DNA of 64,000 nucleotides, from the NCBI GenBank assembly GCA_963813025.1, contig CAWEXO010000011.1:704001-768000 (forward strand). The letters are read 5' to 3'. Below, piece after piece: positions 9,151 to 18,776 of this stretch. Source of the stretch: an uncultured Verrucomicrobiae bacterium. GTDB lineage: Bacteria; Verrucomicrobiota; Verrucomicrobiia; Chthoniobacterales; JAFAMB01. The position numbers and the translations under genes were made by a program. The notes under the pieces are model-generated. The model was not told the origin of the DNA. It did not search any database and worked only from the letters and a program-made list of their open reading frames with translations. Each line of letters opens with the position of its first letter. Within the stretch, counting starts at the first letter, position 1.

Positions 9151-11274
9151 ATGATTCGCCTTCTGCTAGTTTTTCTGGTGACGGCCACCGTCAGCTTGGC
9201 CTCCGGTCTCCCCTATCCCGAAGCGAAGAAAGGGGATGTGGTTGACGACTATCATGGCACAAAGGTCGCCGACCCCTACCGCTGGTTGGAGGCTCTGGAT
9301 TCACCGGAAACTGGCGCCTGGATCAAAGCGCAGAATCAAATCACCGCCGGCTATCTCAGCACATTGCCCGACCGGAGCTATTTCCGGGAACAGCTCAAGA
9401 AATTCTGGAACTTTGAGCGCTACACGACTCCGATCTGGGAAGGGGGCCGCTACATTTTTCGCCGAAACGACGGGCTCCAGAATCAGAGTCTCATTTATAC
9501 GGTCCGCCAATTGCAGGACACGCCCAAGCTGGTGCTCGATCCGAATCAAATGTCCGCCGATGGAACGGTAGCAGTCACCGCTCTCGAGCTGAGTCACGAC
9601 GGCAACTTGCTGGCTTATTCCGTCGCGGCCAGTGGGTCTGATTGGACCGAGATCCACGTCCGAGATCTCACGACCAATAAAGACCGGCCAGACGTGATCA
9701 AATGGGTGAAGTTCTCCGAACCCGCCTGGACGCACGATAACCGTGGTTTTTTTTATGCGCGATTTCCCGAGGCGGTCCCCGGCCAAGACCAGACCTTTGC
9801 AGCCCTGAAAAATCAGAAGCTTTATTATCATCGCCTGGGCGATCCCCAGGAGAAAGACACCCTGATCTATGAAAGACCCGGCCAGCCGAAGGAGTTCTTC
9901 TCTGGCTACGTAACCGAAGACGGGCGCTACCTTCTCGTCTCAATCGAGTCAGATGCCGGCGAGAAAAATCTTCTTTACTACAAAGATCTCAAACAGCCCG
10001 ATCAGCCGGAGCTCACCGGACCGCTGGTTGCCTTGATCGAGAAATACGAGAACGCGTACCGGCCGGTCGAGGTGGTGGATAACCAGCTCTATGTGCAAAC
10101 CGATAAGGACGCTCCCCGCTATCGCGTGCTGCGGACCGATTTGAGTCAGCAAGATCATCAGTGGACAGAGGTCGTACCGGAAACCAAAGACCTGCTCGAA
10201 AGCGCTGACATCATCGGCGGCAAATTTGTCCTGAACTACCTGGTTGACGCCAAGAGCGAACTGAAAGTCGCCGGAATGGACGGCAAAGTCGAGCGTAGCA
10301 TCCCGCTGCCGACACTTGGCGCAGTTTCTGCGGTTTCCGGGAACGTGTCGCGGCCTGAGCTGTTTTACGCTTTCACCTCTTTTCTGTATCCGCCTACGAT
10401 TTTCCGTTACGACATTGATTCTGCCCGCAACGAGATCTTTCGCCAGCCCCAGCTGGACTTTTCACCGGACGCGTTTGAGACCGAGCAGGTCTTCTTTCAT
10501 TCGAAAGACGGCACCTCAGTCCCAATGTTCGTGGTCAAAGCTCGGGGAACGAACCTGGACGGAAAAAATCCGGTCTATCTGACCGGGTATGGCGGGTTCA
10601 ACGTTTCGATCAAACCACAGTTCTCCGTGCCCGCGCTTTGCTGGATAATAAAGGGCGGTGTCTTTGCTGTGCCGAATCTGCGGGGTGGGGGTGAATATGG
10701 GCGAACTTGGCACGAAGCTGGAATCAAGGAACGTAAGCAAAATGTGTTCGATGATTTTCGCGCGGCGGCGGAGACGCTGATTAAAGAAAAGTACACTGAA
10801 CCTGGCCGCTTGGGAATCGTGGGTGCTTCGAATGGGGGGTTATTAGTGGGAGCGACACTGACCCAGCATCCGGAACTGCTCGGTGCCGCCGTTGCGGAGG
10901 TAGGAGTCCTCGATATGCTGCGCTATCACAAATTCACCGTCGGATGGGCATGGGCGTCGGACTACGGCACATCCGATGACCCGGAAGTGTTCAAGTATCT
11001 GATTCGGTATTCCCCGCTCCAGAACGTCAAACCAGGTACTTGTTATCCCCCAACCCTGATCACGACAGCCGATCACGATGATCGGGTGTTTCCGGCGCAT
11101 TCGTTCAAGTTTGCCGCGGCTCTGCAGGCGGCGCAAAGCTGCCCTAACCCGATCGTGATCCGGATCGAAACGAAAGCCGGACACGGCAGCGGAAAGCCAT
11201 TGTCGAAGGTGATCGACGAAGAGACGGACGTACTGGCGTTTCTGTGGAAAAACCTGGCGCAACCCGCACGTTAG
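9151..11274 (+). CDS. Prolyl oligopeptidase (S9A), secreted
   Basis: VADPYRWLE, NLRGGGEYG, catalytic GASNGG, DHDDRV, AGHG; signal peptide. Confidence 0.96.
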   Translation: MIRLLLVFLVTATVSLASGLPYPEAKKGDVVDDYHGTKVADPYRWLEALDSPETGAWIKAQNQITAGYLSTLPDRSYFREQLKKFWNFERYTTPIWEGGRYIFRRNDGLQNQSLIYTVRQLQDTPKLVLDPNQMSADGTVAVTALELSHDGNLLAYSVAASGSDWTEIHVRDLTTNKDRPDVIKWVKFSEPAWTHDNRGFFYARFPEAVPGQDQTFAALKNQKLYYHRLGDPQEKDTLIYERPGQPKEFFSGYVTEDGRYLLVSIESDAGEKNLLYYKDLKQPDQPELTGPLVALIEKYENAYRPVEVVDNQLYVQTDKDAPRYRVLRTDLSQQDHQWTEVVPETKDLLESADIIGGKFVLNYLVDAKSELKVAGMDGKVERSIPLPTLGAVSAVSGNVSRPELFYAFTSFLYPPTIFRYDIDSARNEIFRQPQLDFSPDAFETEQVFFHSKDGTSVPMFVVKARGTNLDGKNPVYLTGYGGFNVSIKPQFSVPALCWIIKGGVFAVPNLRGGGEYGRTWHEAGIKERKQNVFDDFRAAAETLIKEKYTEPGRLGIVGASNGGLLVGATLTQHPELLGAAVAEVGVLDMLRYHKFTVGWAWASDYGTSDDPEVFKYLIRYSPLQNVKPGTCYPPTLITTADHDDRVFPAHSFKFAAALQAAQSCPNPIVIRIETKAGHGSGKPLSKVIDEETDVLAFLWKNLAQPAR

Positions 11275-11524
11275 TTAGTTAGGAGTGCCAGTGCCAGTGC
11301 CAGTGCTAGGTCAGTGTCAGTGTCAGTGCCGGTGTGGATGCGTACGAGAGACTCGGTTCCAGCTTGACACCTTCTCGAGGCGGGAAATGTACGGTTTAAG
11401 CAGTCAGCGCCGTCGCGCGGCCGTTTCTTCTGAGTGACCTCGCGGAGGGTACACCGAGGATATCGGACGAATGTATAACGGACTCATCAACGTCTTGCGC
11501 TGCCCGCGATCCGCCGGCACCAAC

Positions 11525-12646
11525 TAGTGCAATAAGTCGGTGACTAGTTGTGCGATTATGTTGTACGCTATCTGGCGTGAGTTTAGGCAGAATTGTGTTG
11601 GCGCCGCCTGAGCGGCGTGAATTGAAGCGCAGGGCGCGGAAACGGTCTCTGGCGATGGAGTTAGTCAAACGTGCAGAGGTCATTTTGATGTTGGCATCAG
11701 GTCATTCTTACCGGGAAGTTCGGCAGCGGCTGGATTGCAGTGATGAGTATATCCGGGAGTGGAAGAAGCGCTTTCAAGAGGAGCGGTTGGCGGGACTCGA
11801 TTCGCGTTATCGCGGTAGTCCACGCCGAACCCGTACAGCTGAGACCGAGGCGCGTATCTTGGAACTCACGCGTCAGGGTCCCAAGGACGGTACGACCCAC
11901 TGGAGCAGCTATCGGCTGGCAAAAGATCTGGGCATTAGCCAGTCGAGCGTGAGCCGTGTCTGGCGCCATTTCGGCATTCAGCCTCATCGGCTGCGTGGTT
12001 ACATGGCCAGCGATGATCCTGAGTTTAAAGAGAAGGCGGCAGATATCATTGGCTTGTATCTTGAGCCACCGGTAAACGCCGCGGTCTTCTGCGTCGATGA
12101 GAAGAGCGCTATCCAAGCGCTCGATCGACTTGACCCAGTTTTGCCTCTTTCCCCCGGCCGAGCTGAACGACATGGCTTTGAGTATTTTCGTCACGGCACC
12201 CTCTCACTGTATGCGGCGCTCGACACTCGCACCGGCGACGTTATGGGAAAGACCACCGCTAGGCATACCAGTGCTGAGTTTGTCGGCTTTCTCGGCCAGA
12301 TCGTCGCCAGCCAGCCCGATGGCCGAGAGATTCACATCGTCGCCGACAACTTGAGCGCACATAAAACCAAGCATGTTTTCGAGTTCCTCCAGGCCAATCC
12401 AACGGTTCGGATCCACTACACCCCGACCTATTCCAGTTGGCTCAATCAAGTCGAGATCTGGTTTTCCAAAATCCAACGCGATGTCATCGCTCGCGGAATC
12501 TTCACTTCTACAACCGACCTCTCCAGAAAGCTGATTCGCTACATCAGGCAGTACAACAAAACCGCCACACCCTTCCGCTGGAGATATAAGAATGCCGATC
12601 ATCGCATTAAACAAGTCACTCAACGAGGCTCTGACTCACTGCACTA
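11525..12646 (+). mobile_element. IS630 family element
   Basis: Imperfect terminal IRs ctagtgcaataagtc / gactcactgcactag; CTAG (TA duplication) at both ends. Confidence 0.9.
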
Positions 12647-12647
12647 G
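11550..12647 (+). CDS. IS630 family transposase
   Basis: FCVDEKSAIQA, EYFRHGTLSL, IVADNLSAHK, YSSWLNQVEIWF. Confidence 0.95.
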   Translation: MRLCCTLSGVSLGRIVLAPPERRELKRRARKRSLAMELVKRAEVILMLASGHSYREVRQRLDCSDEYIREWKKRFQEERLAGLDSRYRGSPRRTRTAETEARILELTRQGPKDGTTHWSSYRLAKDLGISQSSVSRVWRHFGIQPHRLRGYMASDDPEFKEKAADIIGLYLEPPVNAAVFCVDEKSAIQALDRLDPVLPLSPGRAERHGFEYFRHGTLSLYAALDTRTGDVMGKTTARHTSAEFVGFLGQIVASQPDGREIHIVADNLSAHKTKHVFEFLQANPTVRIHYTPTYSSWLNQVEIWFSKIQRDVIARGIFTSTTDLSRKLIRYIRQYNKTATPFRWRYKNADHRIKQVTQRGSDSLH

Positions 12648-12665
12648 CACTAGCACTAACAGACG

Positions 12666-13166
12666 CTAGTAGAAGTGCTTGATCTCGGCGATCATGCGGC
12701 GCACATGCGCATAGTCTTGCCGCGGCTTGAGGATACGGTAACTCTGCCAAGGATCACCCCAACGAAGGATTTGAATCGTCACCCGACGCACTCCCCAATC
12801 GTTCATCTCGTTCCGCGTTGGACAATAGAGATCGATCGTGTTCCGACCGGCTAAATCCCAACCGTAGTCGTCGATTCGATAGATCTGACCGGTCGCAAGG
12901 ATCATGAACTGTGTACCGAGCGGCCAACGCGACCAGTCCGCCGCCGCGCTGCGCATTTCCGCGTTCTGCAGCACAGAGCCCGCAGCGCTCAGATTACTAT
13001 AAGGCAGATGATCGGTCTCGGTATGGGTGTACGCCGTGGTCCTGACTTTCATAAACTGGCTGCGCCTCAGCGGCGGCTCGTAGGTCGGCAGTTGGCGTTC
13101 AGCGCACCCAACAAGAAAGAGAGCCGCTCCTGTCAAGGCAGCGAGCGAGGCGACTCGGTGCTTCAT
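12666..13166 (-). CDS. 3D (Asp-Asp-Asp) domain lipoprotein
   Basis: Lipobox LVGC; RTTAYT, AAADWSRWPLGT, IDDYG, TIDLY. Confidence 0.8.
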   Translation of the reverse strand: MKHRVASLAALTGAALFLVGCAERQLPTYEPPLRRSQFMKVRTTAYTHTETDHLPYSNLSAAGSVLQNAEMRSAAADWSRWPLGTQFMILATGQIYRIDDYGWDLAGRNTIDLYCPTRNEMNDWGVRRVTIQILRWGDPWQSYRILKPRQDYAHVRRMIAEIKHFY

Positions 13167-13323
13167 GTGCGCGGATCATAGCGGGTTTCTAAGCGAACGT
13201 TCAATGTTTACGTTATGGGTAATTGAAGAGCGCGGGAGTGCCTGAGTTCGTTTGTTTGCCCAGCTGTTTCGTTATTTCGTTGCGTTGCATTTCCGCGGAG
13301 TTTGGCCTAAGAAACGTCCCGAG

Positions 13324-14415
13324 ATGTGGAACCCTTGGATCATTCGTACAAGCCTGATCGCTTCTTGGCTGGTCGGCGCACCCTGGCCGAGCGCTGGTCA
13401 GAACAGCACGGTTTGGCGCGAGGCACCGGTGCAACCAGCGCCGCTGAATTCCTTTGGATCAGAACCAACCACCCGACCGTCGTGGTTCAACAGCGTGGCC
13501 GACGATCCGGAGCAGGCTCGCGGATTGGCGGAATACCCGGCGGATGCTCCGCCGACCATCGCCAGCTCAGCGATGATGATCGATGCGAAAAGTGGCGAAA
13601 CACTTTTTTTCAAAAACCCCGATCTCCGGCGTCCGGTTGCCAGCACGCAGAAACTCATGACGGCGCTTCTGATCGCCGAGCACGGCGGCCTGGATGAGGC
13701 GGTGCGGGTCAGTCCCGCAGATTGTCGCGTGGAGCCGACCAAATTGTCTTTCCGCCCCGGAGAGGTCTATACCCGACGCCAGCTCTTGCCCGCGCTGTTG
13801 GTCCACAGTTGTAATGATGCCGCCCTCTGTCTGGCGCGCAACGACGCCGGGAGCATTGCCGCTTTCGCGCAGAAAATGAACGCGCGCGCCGCGATACTTC
13901 GAGCCAGCAACACGCATTTCGTCAATCCGAACGGTCTGCCTGTTCCCGGCCAGTACTCGACCGCGCGCGATATGGCGCGCATTGCTTACGTCGCTTATCA
14001 CAACGCGACGCTTCGACCCTATATGCGTTTGACCGGACTGAATTTCACTTACAACTCCGGCCGGCATCGTTTTTTGGAGGCGACCAATAAACTCATTGCG
14101 CGCTCGCCCATTTTTACCGGAATGAAGACTGGCTACACCGAAGCGTCGGGCCGCTGTCTGGTGTCGAGTGCCTCCAACGAAGGTCACGAAATCATACTGG
14201 TGCAGCTCGGAGGGACGCACAACATGCTGTTCAACGATGCGGAGCGGTTGTTACTGTGGTGGTTGGAGCGCGATGGAGGCGGCGGGGCAGAACTGGCTCG
14301 CCTGGCACACTCTGCACCGTCTGTAGGAGAAGCCGCGGTCAGCGGACAGGGGGCGGCTCGTGTTCGATGGCCAAAAACCCGCGCGGGATACCCTTCGAAT
14401 CAAGTATCGGATTGA
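13324..14415 (+). CDS. D-alanyl-D-alanine carboxypeptidase (peptidase S11)
   Basis: SxxK (ASTQK), SxN (SCN), KTG motifs; start approximate. Confidence 0.92.
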   Translation: MWNPWIIRTSLIASWLVGAPWPSAGQNSTVWREAPVQPAPLNSFGSEPTTRPSWFNSVADDPEQARGLAEYPADAPPTIASSAMMIDAKSGETLFFKNPDLRRPVASTQKLMTALLIAEHGGLDEAVRVSPADCRVEPTKLSFRPGEVYTRRQLLPALLVHSCNDAALCLARNDAGSIAAFAQKMNARAAILRASNTHFVNPNGLPVPGQYSTARDMARIAYVAYHNATLRPYMRLTGLNFTYNSGRHRFLEATNKLIARSPIFTGMKTGYTEASGRCLVSSASNEGHEIILVQLGGTHNMLFNDAERLLLWWLERDGGGGAELARLAHSAPSVGEAAVSGQGAARVRWPKTRAGYPSNQVSD

Positions 14416-14596
14416 TACCGATGGAAACGCGATAAGCGTTTCCGTTCTTGTGATAGTTGATCAGCTCTTCCCGGCACGGTTTTCCCTGTGGAATTGCGTC
14501 CCCCATGCGCGCGATCGCCGCGGGGTGGCTCCTGGGACCCTGCAGCACAGCGCCTGGCTTTTTGCCGCGCAATTCTCTCAGCCCGTAACCGCACAT
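14339..14596 (-). pseudogene. Truncated PAS domain remnant
   Basis: MCGY..ELRGKKPGAVLQGP...EELINYHKNG..Y.V...INPI is PAS-like but lacks the N-terminal strands; overlaps the carboxypeptidase tail. Confidence 0.55.
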
Positions 14597-14632
14597 CTCT
14601 GCTTTACGACTTGGTGCTGTCGCTGGATGTAG

Positions 14633-15220
14633 TCAGGTCGGACGGCCGACCACGACGTAGTCCATTCCGCCGGCCGCGGCGGCCTCAAACCCGGCAATGC
14701 TATCTTCCAGAACAACGCAGTTTCCGGCCGGCACCTCCATTCGCCGCGCAGCTTCCAAAAACATGTCGGGAAACGGTTTTCCGTGCGGCACCTGTTCCGA
14801 GGTGACGATGACCGAAAAGAATCCCTCCAGTCCGATCGCCTTCAGAGTTCGGCGCACAATCGGCAGTTCACCCCCAGAGGCGACCGCCACTTGCGCCTGC
14901 TCGCGGACTTTCCGAGCGAATTTGATGACTTCAGGGATGGGCTCGATCGCGTCGATCAAAGTGAGGTAAAGACTCTCTTTACGCGTCGCGACAACGATCG
15001 GGTCCAGTGTGGTACCGTATTGCTCGTTGAGCGCCTCGACGACTTTCGGGCTCGGCAATCCACCGAGGGAGTAAAAGATCTCTTCGTTGATCATACCATT
15101 GAACTCCGTGACCGCCTCTTTCCATGCTCGATAGTGCACCGGCATGGAGTGGGCCAGCGTTCCATCGCAATCGAAAATATACCCGTCATAGAGTTTTTGT
15201 GGCTCCGTGAAGATTCCCAT
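14633..15220 (-). CDS. HAD family phosphatase (YqaB/beta-PGM-like)
   Basis: IFDCDGTL, GKPFPD, VLEDS. Confidence 0.92.
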   Translation of the reverse strand: MGIFTEPQKLYDGYIFDCDGTLAHSMPVHYRAWKEAVTEFNGMINEEIFYSLGGLPSPKVVEALNEQYGTTLDPIVVATRKESLYLTLIDAIEPIPEVIKFARKVREQAQVAVASGGELPIVRRTLKAIGLEGFFSVIVTSEQVPHGKPFPDMFLEAARRMEVPAGNCVVLEDSIAGFEAAAAGGMDYVVVGRPT

Positions 15221-15371
15221 AGATGCGGCAGATTAGCAGAGTTGGCGAGCTTAGGAGTTCAGAATTCAATTCATTGCCTCTTCGGGACGAGAGCCAAAGT
15301 CCGACAGAGCCATGCTTGCCGGTGAAGAAAATCCTGACAAGCTGGAAGCTTGTTTTACTATGCAGGACTCG

Positions 15372-16982
15372 ATGGAATCAGCCGTGGTTACAGAGCGACA
15401 GACAATTCGGGCGACGTTGAGCAGGATCGTCGAGCTGGCCGGCCGCTATCCGTTCTGTGTTCTGGCGCTGCCCTCGATCTATCTACTCCTCCGCTATCCA
15501 ATTCTTTGGAAAGACATCGACGCGCTGGCCCAGTTGGTCTGGCGCGCGGGCGCGGTCAATATCCTCCACTATCCGCCCATCTATTGTTTCGGGGGGAGAG
15601 TTCCTTTCTGGATCGACCACGCTGTTTCCAGCCTTTTGGGTGGCGGAAAGGTTCCTCCGCTTGATCTGTTCGGTCCGCAACAGCCCACTTTACACGGCCT
15701 TTACCTTTTGATCATCGGGCAGCATCTGGCGCTGGTGCTCAGCCTGGCTTTTTTCGTGTATTCGGTCACTCCATCGGTCGCCGGACGTGGCTGGTTGACG
15801 CTCGGCACTCTTGGATTCAGCGCGTTCTATGCGAACCAGCAATGCGCCGGTTCAGAGTCCCTCAGCGTCGTTGCAATAATCCTCGTTGTCGCCTTTACGG
15901 TGCGAGTCGTGCGGGAAACCCAGCCGGGCAGTGCCAGAGAAAAATTCTGGCTGACGTGGCTCGGCTACGGCGCGAGTCTGACTCTGGCGGTTGGCACCCG
16001 GCATATCAATGTAGTGCTGGGCGCCTGCCTTCCTTTGAGTCTGCTCTTCTTTTTCGGCGGGAAAACCGGGGGATGGTCCAAAATCGTCCCTTTAGGGAGT
16101 CTCGCCGTGCTGCTTGCCGGGGGAGCGCTCTTGATCAATTTAACGCTGGCTTCGTGGCTGATCCGCTCGGTTGGCGACGAGTTCCGGACGATTACCGGGA
16201 TTGCCCTCAGCGCTCGCATCGAGGGATTCTTGAGAAAACTGCCGCCCGCCAAGCGTCGCGATCTTGCCGAAAAACTAGCCTCCCGTGAAGAAAATGCCGT
16301 GGTTCGTGCGGCGATCTTCAGCCTGGTCAACGTAGGCTCCTTTGAGCACGGCTCGGATAAAGTTATTCAACAAGCGCTGCGCGCAGCTGGCTATCCGGAA
16401 CAGAAAATCCGGTCGGAATCCGAACGGATCATTACCCGCGCGTCGCTCGCCTATCTGCGATCACTTCACCCGAAACTGATTGGTGCGATCCTCAAAGATT
16501 TTGACTACGGATTCGTGCGTTCGACAAATGGCAAACTCAGCCGGGTTCCATTCCTGGCGAATCTGGGCGCGGCCGAGCTGAGCCGGGATAATCCAGAAAT
16601 GTGGAAGCCCGTCCTTCGCTCTTTGGATCTAGCGACGGCCGCTCACGAACTGCAAAGGGCCAGGCGGGACTTTTTCCTCGGTTTTGGAGGCCGAATGCCG
16701 TTGCTCCTCCTCCTTTTGGCTGGCGCGATCCTGGGGATATCTGGCTCGCGGTTTTCCAGTCTGGGGACAGTCTCGCTCGCCCTGGTCGCGACTGGCGCGC
16801 TACTCTATCTTGTTAACTGTATCTTCATCCCGACGATTGACCGTTATACGTTGCCGCTGCTGGTGACTGGGTACGCTTCGTTCATGACAGGACTGGCAGC
16901 GTGGCTCGATCATCCGAAAGGCACTCTGCGGGAGGCTGCTGCGCGACCGATCGTCCAATCTCGCGCCAGCATTGGTCGGTAA
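15372..16982 (+). CDS. Polytopic membrane protein, GT-C-like (paralog 1 of 3)
   Basis: Many TM helices; PILWKDIDALAQ after TM1, HYPPIYC, AGSE, RHIN shared with 21562-23221 and 23218-24840. Confidence 0.7.
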   Translation: MESAVVTERQTIRATLSRIVELAGRYPFCVLALPSIYLLLRYPILWKDIDALAQLVWRAGAVNILHYPPIYCFGGRVPFWIDHAVSSLLGGGKVPPLDLFGPQQPTLHGLYLLIIGQHLALVLSLAFFVYSVTPSVAGRGWLTLGTLGFSAFYANQQCAGSESLSVVAIILVVAFTVRVVRETQPGSAREKFWLTWLGYGASLTLAVGTRHINVVLGACLPLSLLFFFGGKTGGWSKIVPLGSLAVLLAGGALLINLTLASWLIRSVGDEFRTITGIALSARIEGFLRKLPPAKRRDLAEKLASREENAVVRAAIFSLVNVGSFEHGSDKVIQQALRAAGYPEQKIRSESERIITRASLAYLRSLHPKLIGAILKDFDYGFVRSTNGKLSRVPFLANLGAAELSRDNPEMWKPVLRSLDLATAAHELQRARRDFFLGFGGRMPLLLLLLAGAILGISGSRFSSLGTVSLALVATGALLYLVNCIFIPTIDRYTLPLLVTGYASFMTGLAAWLDHPKGTLREAAARPIVQSRASIGR

Positions 16983-17130
16983 CGCGAGCGGCTCCTTGCT
17001 GGCGGATTCGAGGTTGTCTGGGTTAAAGCGGTGGGGCGAAGGTTTTTTTCGCCCCAACCGGGTGGAAGTCAGTCACACTGACGTGGTACCGGAAAAAACC
17101 GAGCGCCGGCTTAGCGCCGAGACAGCGGCG

Positions 17131-17514
17131 CTATTCCAGCTTAATCTTCCGCGGCTTGACGCTTTCCGCTTTCGGCAGCGTTACGATTAAAACGCCGTTC
17201 TCGACACGCGCGCTAATCTTTGTCGTGTCAATTGAGGCATCTAGTTCATACGAACGCCGGTAATCAAAGGGCCGTCTTTCTGAATAAATCAGCTCACCGG
17301 CCGGTTGAAGCTGCTTACGGTGACCCTCAAGCACCAGATCGCCATTCTCGACGGTGACTTCGATGCCGTCCTTATCAACGCCGGGCATCTCAGCGCGCAG
17401 AACGTATCCGTCCGCTGTGGACTCGATGTCCGCCAGCGGAGCCACATAATAACGCCCTTCGCTTTGGTTGCGAACGGGTACTGCTTGGTTCTCTTGTTTC
17501 GCAAGGGTGTTCAT
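17131..17514 (-). CDS. Hsp20/alpha-crystallin small heat shock protein
   Basis: PLADI, AEMPGV, NGVLIVTLPK. Confidence 0.93.
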   Translation of the reverse strand: MNTLAKQENQAVPVRNQSEGRYYVAPLADIESTADGYVLRAEMPGVDKDGIEVTVENGDLVLEGHRKQLQPAGELIYSERRPFDYRRSYELDASIDTTKISARVENGVLIVTLPKAESVKPRKIKLE

Positions 17515-17557
17515 AGATTTTTCAATTTGTGGGATCCGCGGGTGCGGATCCGAAGGT

Positions 17558-18019
17558 TTAATTCAGAGAGACTTCGATCTGCTTCGGTTTTGCCTCTTCG
17601 GCCTTGGGCAGCACAATCTGCAGGATGCCGTCCTGGTAAGACGCCTTAACCTTGCTGGCATCAACCGGCGCCGGCAGAGTGATTGTTCGCTGGAAGCTGC
17701 CAGAGAAACGCTCGCTGCGAAGCCCTTCGTCGTCTTTTTCCTCCCTATTGCGGTTGCCAGAGATGGTCAGGGCGTCGCCTTGCAATGAAATATCGACGTC
17801 CTCTTTTTTCATTCCTGGCAGGTCAACCAGAACAGTGAACTCGTCGCGGTCCTGGTAAAGATCGAGCGGCGGAGCCCAGCTGCGGAACGAAGCGTTCAAA
17901 CGGCTGACGGGATCCACGGCAGGATCGAACAAACGGTTCATCTCTTCCCGGAGCGAGTTGAAGCGCTCAAACACGCTCGGAAGACCGGATTCCGGATAAC
18001 GATAACGGATCAGATTCAT
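17558..18019 (-). CDS. Hsp20/alpha-crystallin small heat shock protein
   Basis: WAPPLDLY, DLPGM, ERFSGSFQRTITLP, DGILQIVLPK. Confidence 0.95.
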   Translation of the reverse strand: MNLIRYRYPESGLPSVFERFNSLREEMNRLFDPAVDPVSRLNASFRSWAPPLDLYQDRDEFTVLVDLPGMKKEDVDISLQGDALTISGNRNREEKDDEGLRSERFSGSFQRTITLPAPVDASKVKASYQDGILQIVLPKAEEAKPKQIEVSLN

Positions 18020-18058
18020 AAGTTTAGAGGTTTTCAGAAGTAAACAGAGACCGTAAGA

Positions 18059-18075
18059 AGCTTTTCGTATGCCAA
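18059..18075 (-). promoter_or_regulatory. Candidate sigma-54 (-24/-12) promoter for hsp20 pair
   Basis: Minus strand TTGGCATACGAAAAGCT has GG-N10-GC spacing, 40 bp upstream of the ATG; -12 element is non-consensus. Confidence 0.4.
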
Positions 18076-18466
18076 AAACAGGATGATATCCCTAACCAGC
18101 TGATAATCAGGTAATTAGAACGTTCCAAATAATAAATGACCATAATACATGTGTCATAATGTCGCCATTATTCAGAAAATTGCCTAGAACCGTGTGCGCC
18201 ACTATGGCTCTTGGTCTTCTGTTCTTGTCGCACCAGTCTGTAGGGGAAAGGAGCGATAGCTGTGCTTCGTCGAAGCGTTGTCGTCGAAGAGTGGGTCTTC
18301 AGTCCTCGAGGCGCATGCCTTGCGCATGGCGAAGAGTCGGCAGCCGGGCTCTGAAAGCTCACAAGCTGGAAGCTTACCCAATCGTTGGTCGCCAAACTGT
18401 CGCGCAGGTGCCGAGGACCTGCGCAGGGTGCCGGGGCACCCGTCCCTCGGGAGGGTCCCTCCCGGG

Positions 18467-18569
18467 CGGACCTGTCCCCAAGGAACGGACCTGTCCCCAA
18501 GGAACGGACCTGTCCCCAAGGAAAGCGGACCTGTCCCCATCGGAGGTGTGGTCCCCATCGGAGGTGTGT
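18467..18569. repeat. Tandem repeat (19-bp unit x3 plus degenerate units)
   Basis: cggacctgtccccaaggaa three times, a partial fourth, then gtccccatcggaggtgtg twice. Confidence 0.85.
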
Positions 18570-18776
18570 CTGGCAGCGGAGGGACCGGAGCACGGACGAG
18601 GGCATCCGCGCTACGGGACGCGTATGCCTCGCGCGCCACTGCGGGGTGACCTTTCCCCACAACCGGGCGACGCTTGGACAGCCAAAGAGTACAGCCCGGC
18701 CGCTTTCGAAAAATGAGCTTCGACCTAGGTTTAGAATGGCGAACGCTCTGGTGTTCAGGTCAGATTGTTTGAGCTT

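Larger units (their letters stand above)
11282..12663 (+). mobile_element. Miniature four-helix-bundle remnant element (copy 2), right arm interrupted by IS630
   Basis: Direct-orientation homolog of 8875-9132; translates LDTFSRREMYGLSSQRRRAAVS...DLAEG...EDIGRMYNGLINVLR; arm resumes after 12644. Confidence 0.75.

Noticed and set aside
9151..11274. Prolyl oligopeptidase as the RiPP leader protease
   Set aside because: About 40 kb away and an ordinary secreted S9A enzyme
8875..11527. Diverged repeat pair plus bAvd-like motif as a diversity-generating retroelement
   Set aside because: No reverse transcriptase in the window, differences are not adenine-specific, and neither copy lies in a target gene
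18467..18569. Tandem repeat as a CRISPR array
   Set aside because: Head-to-tail units without unique spacers
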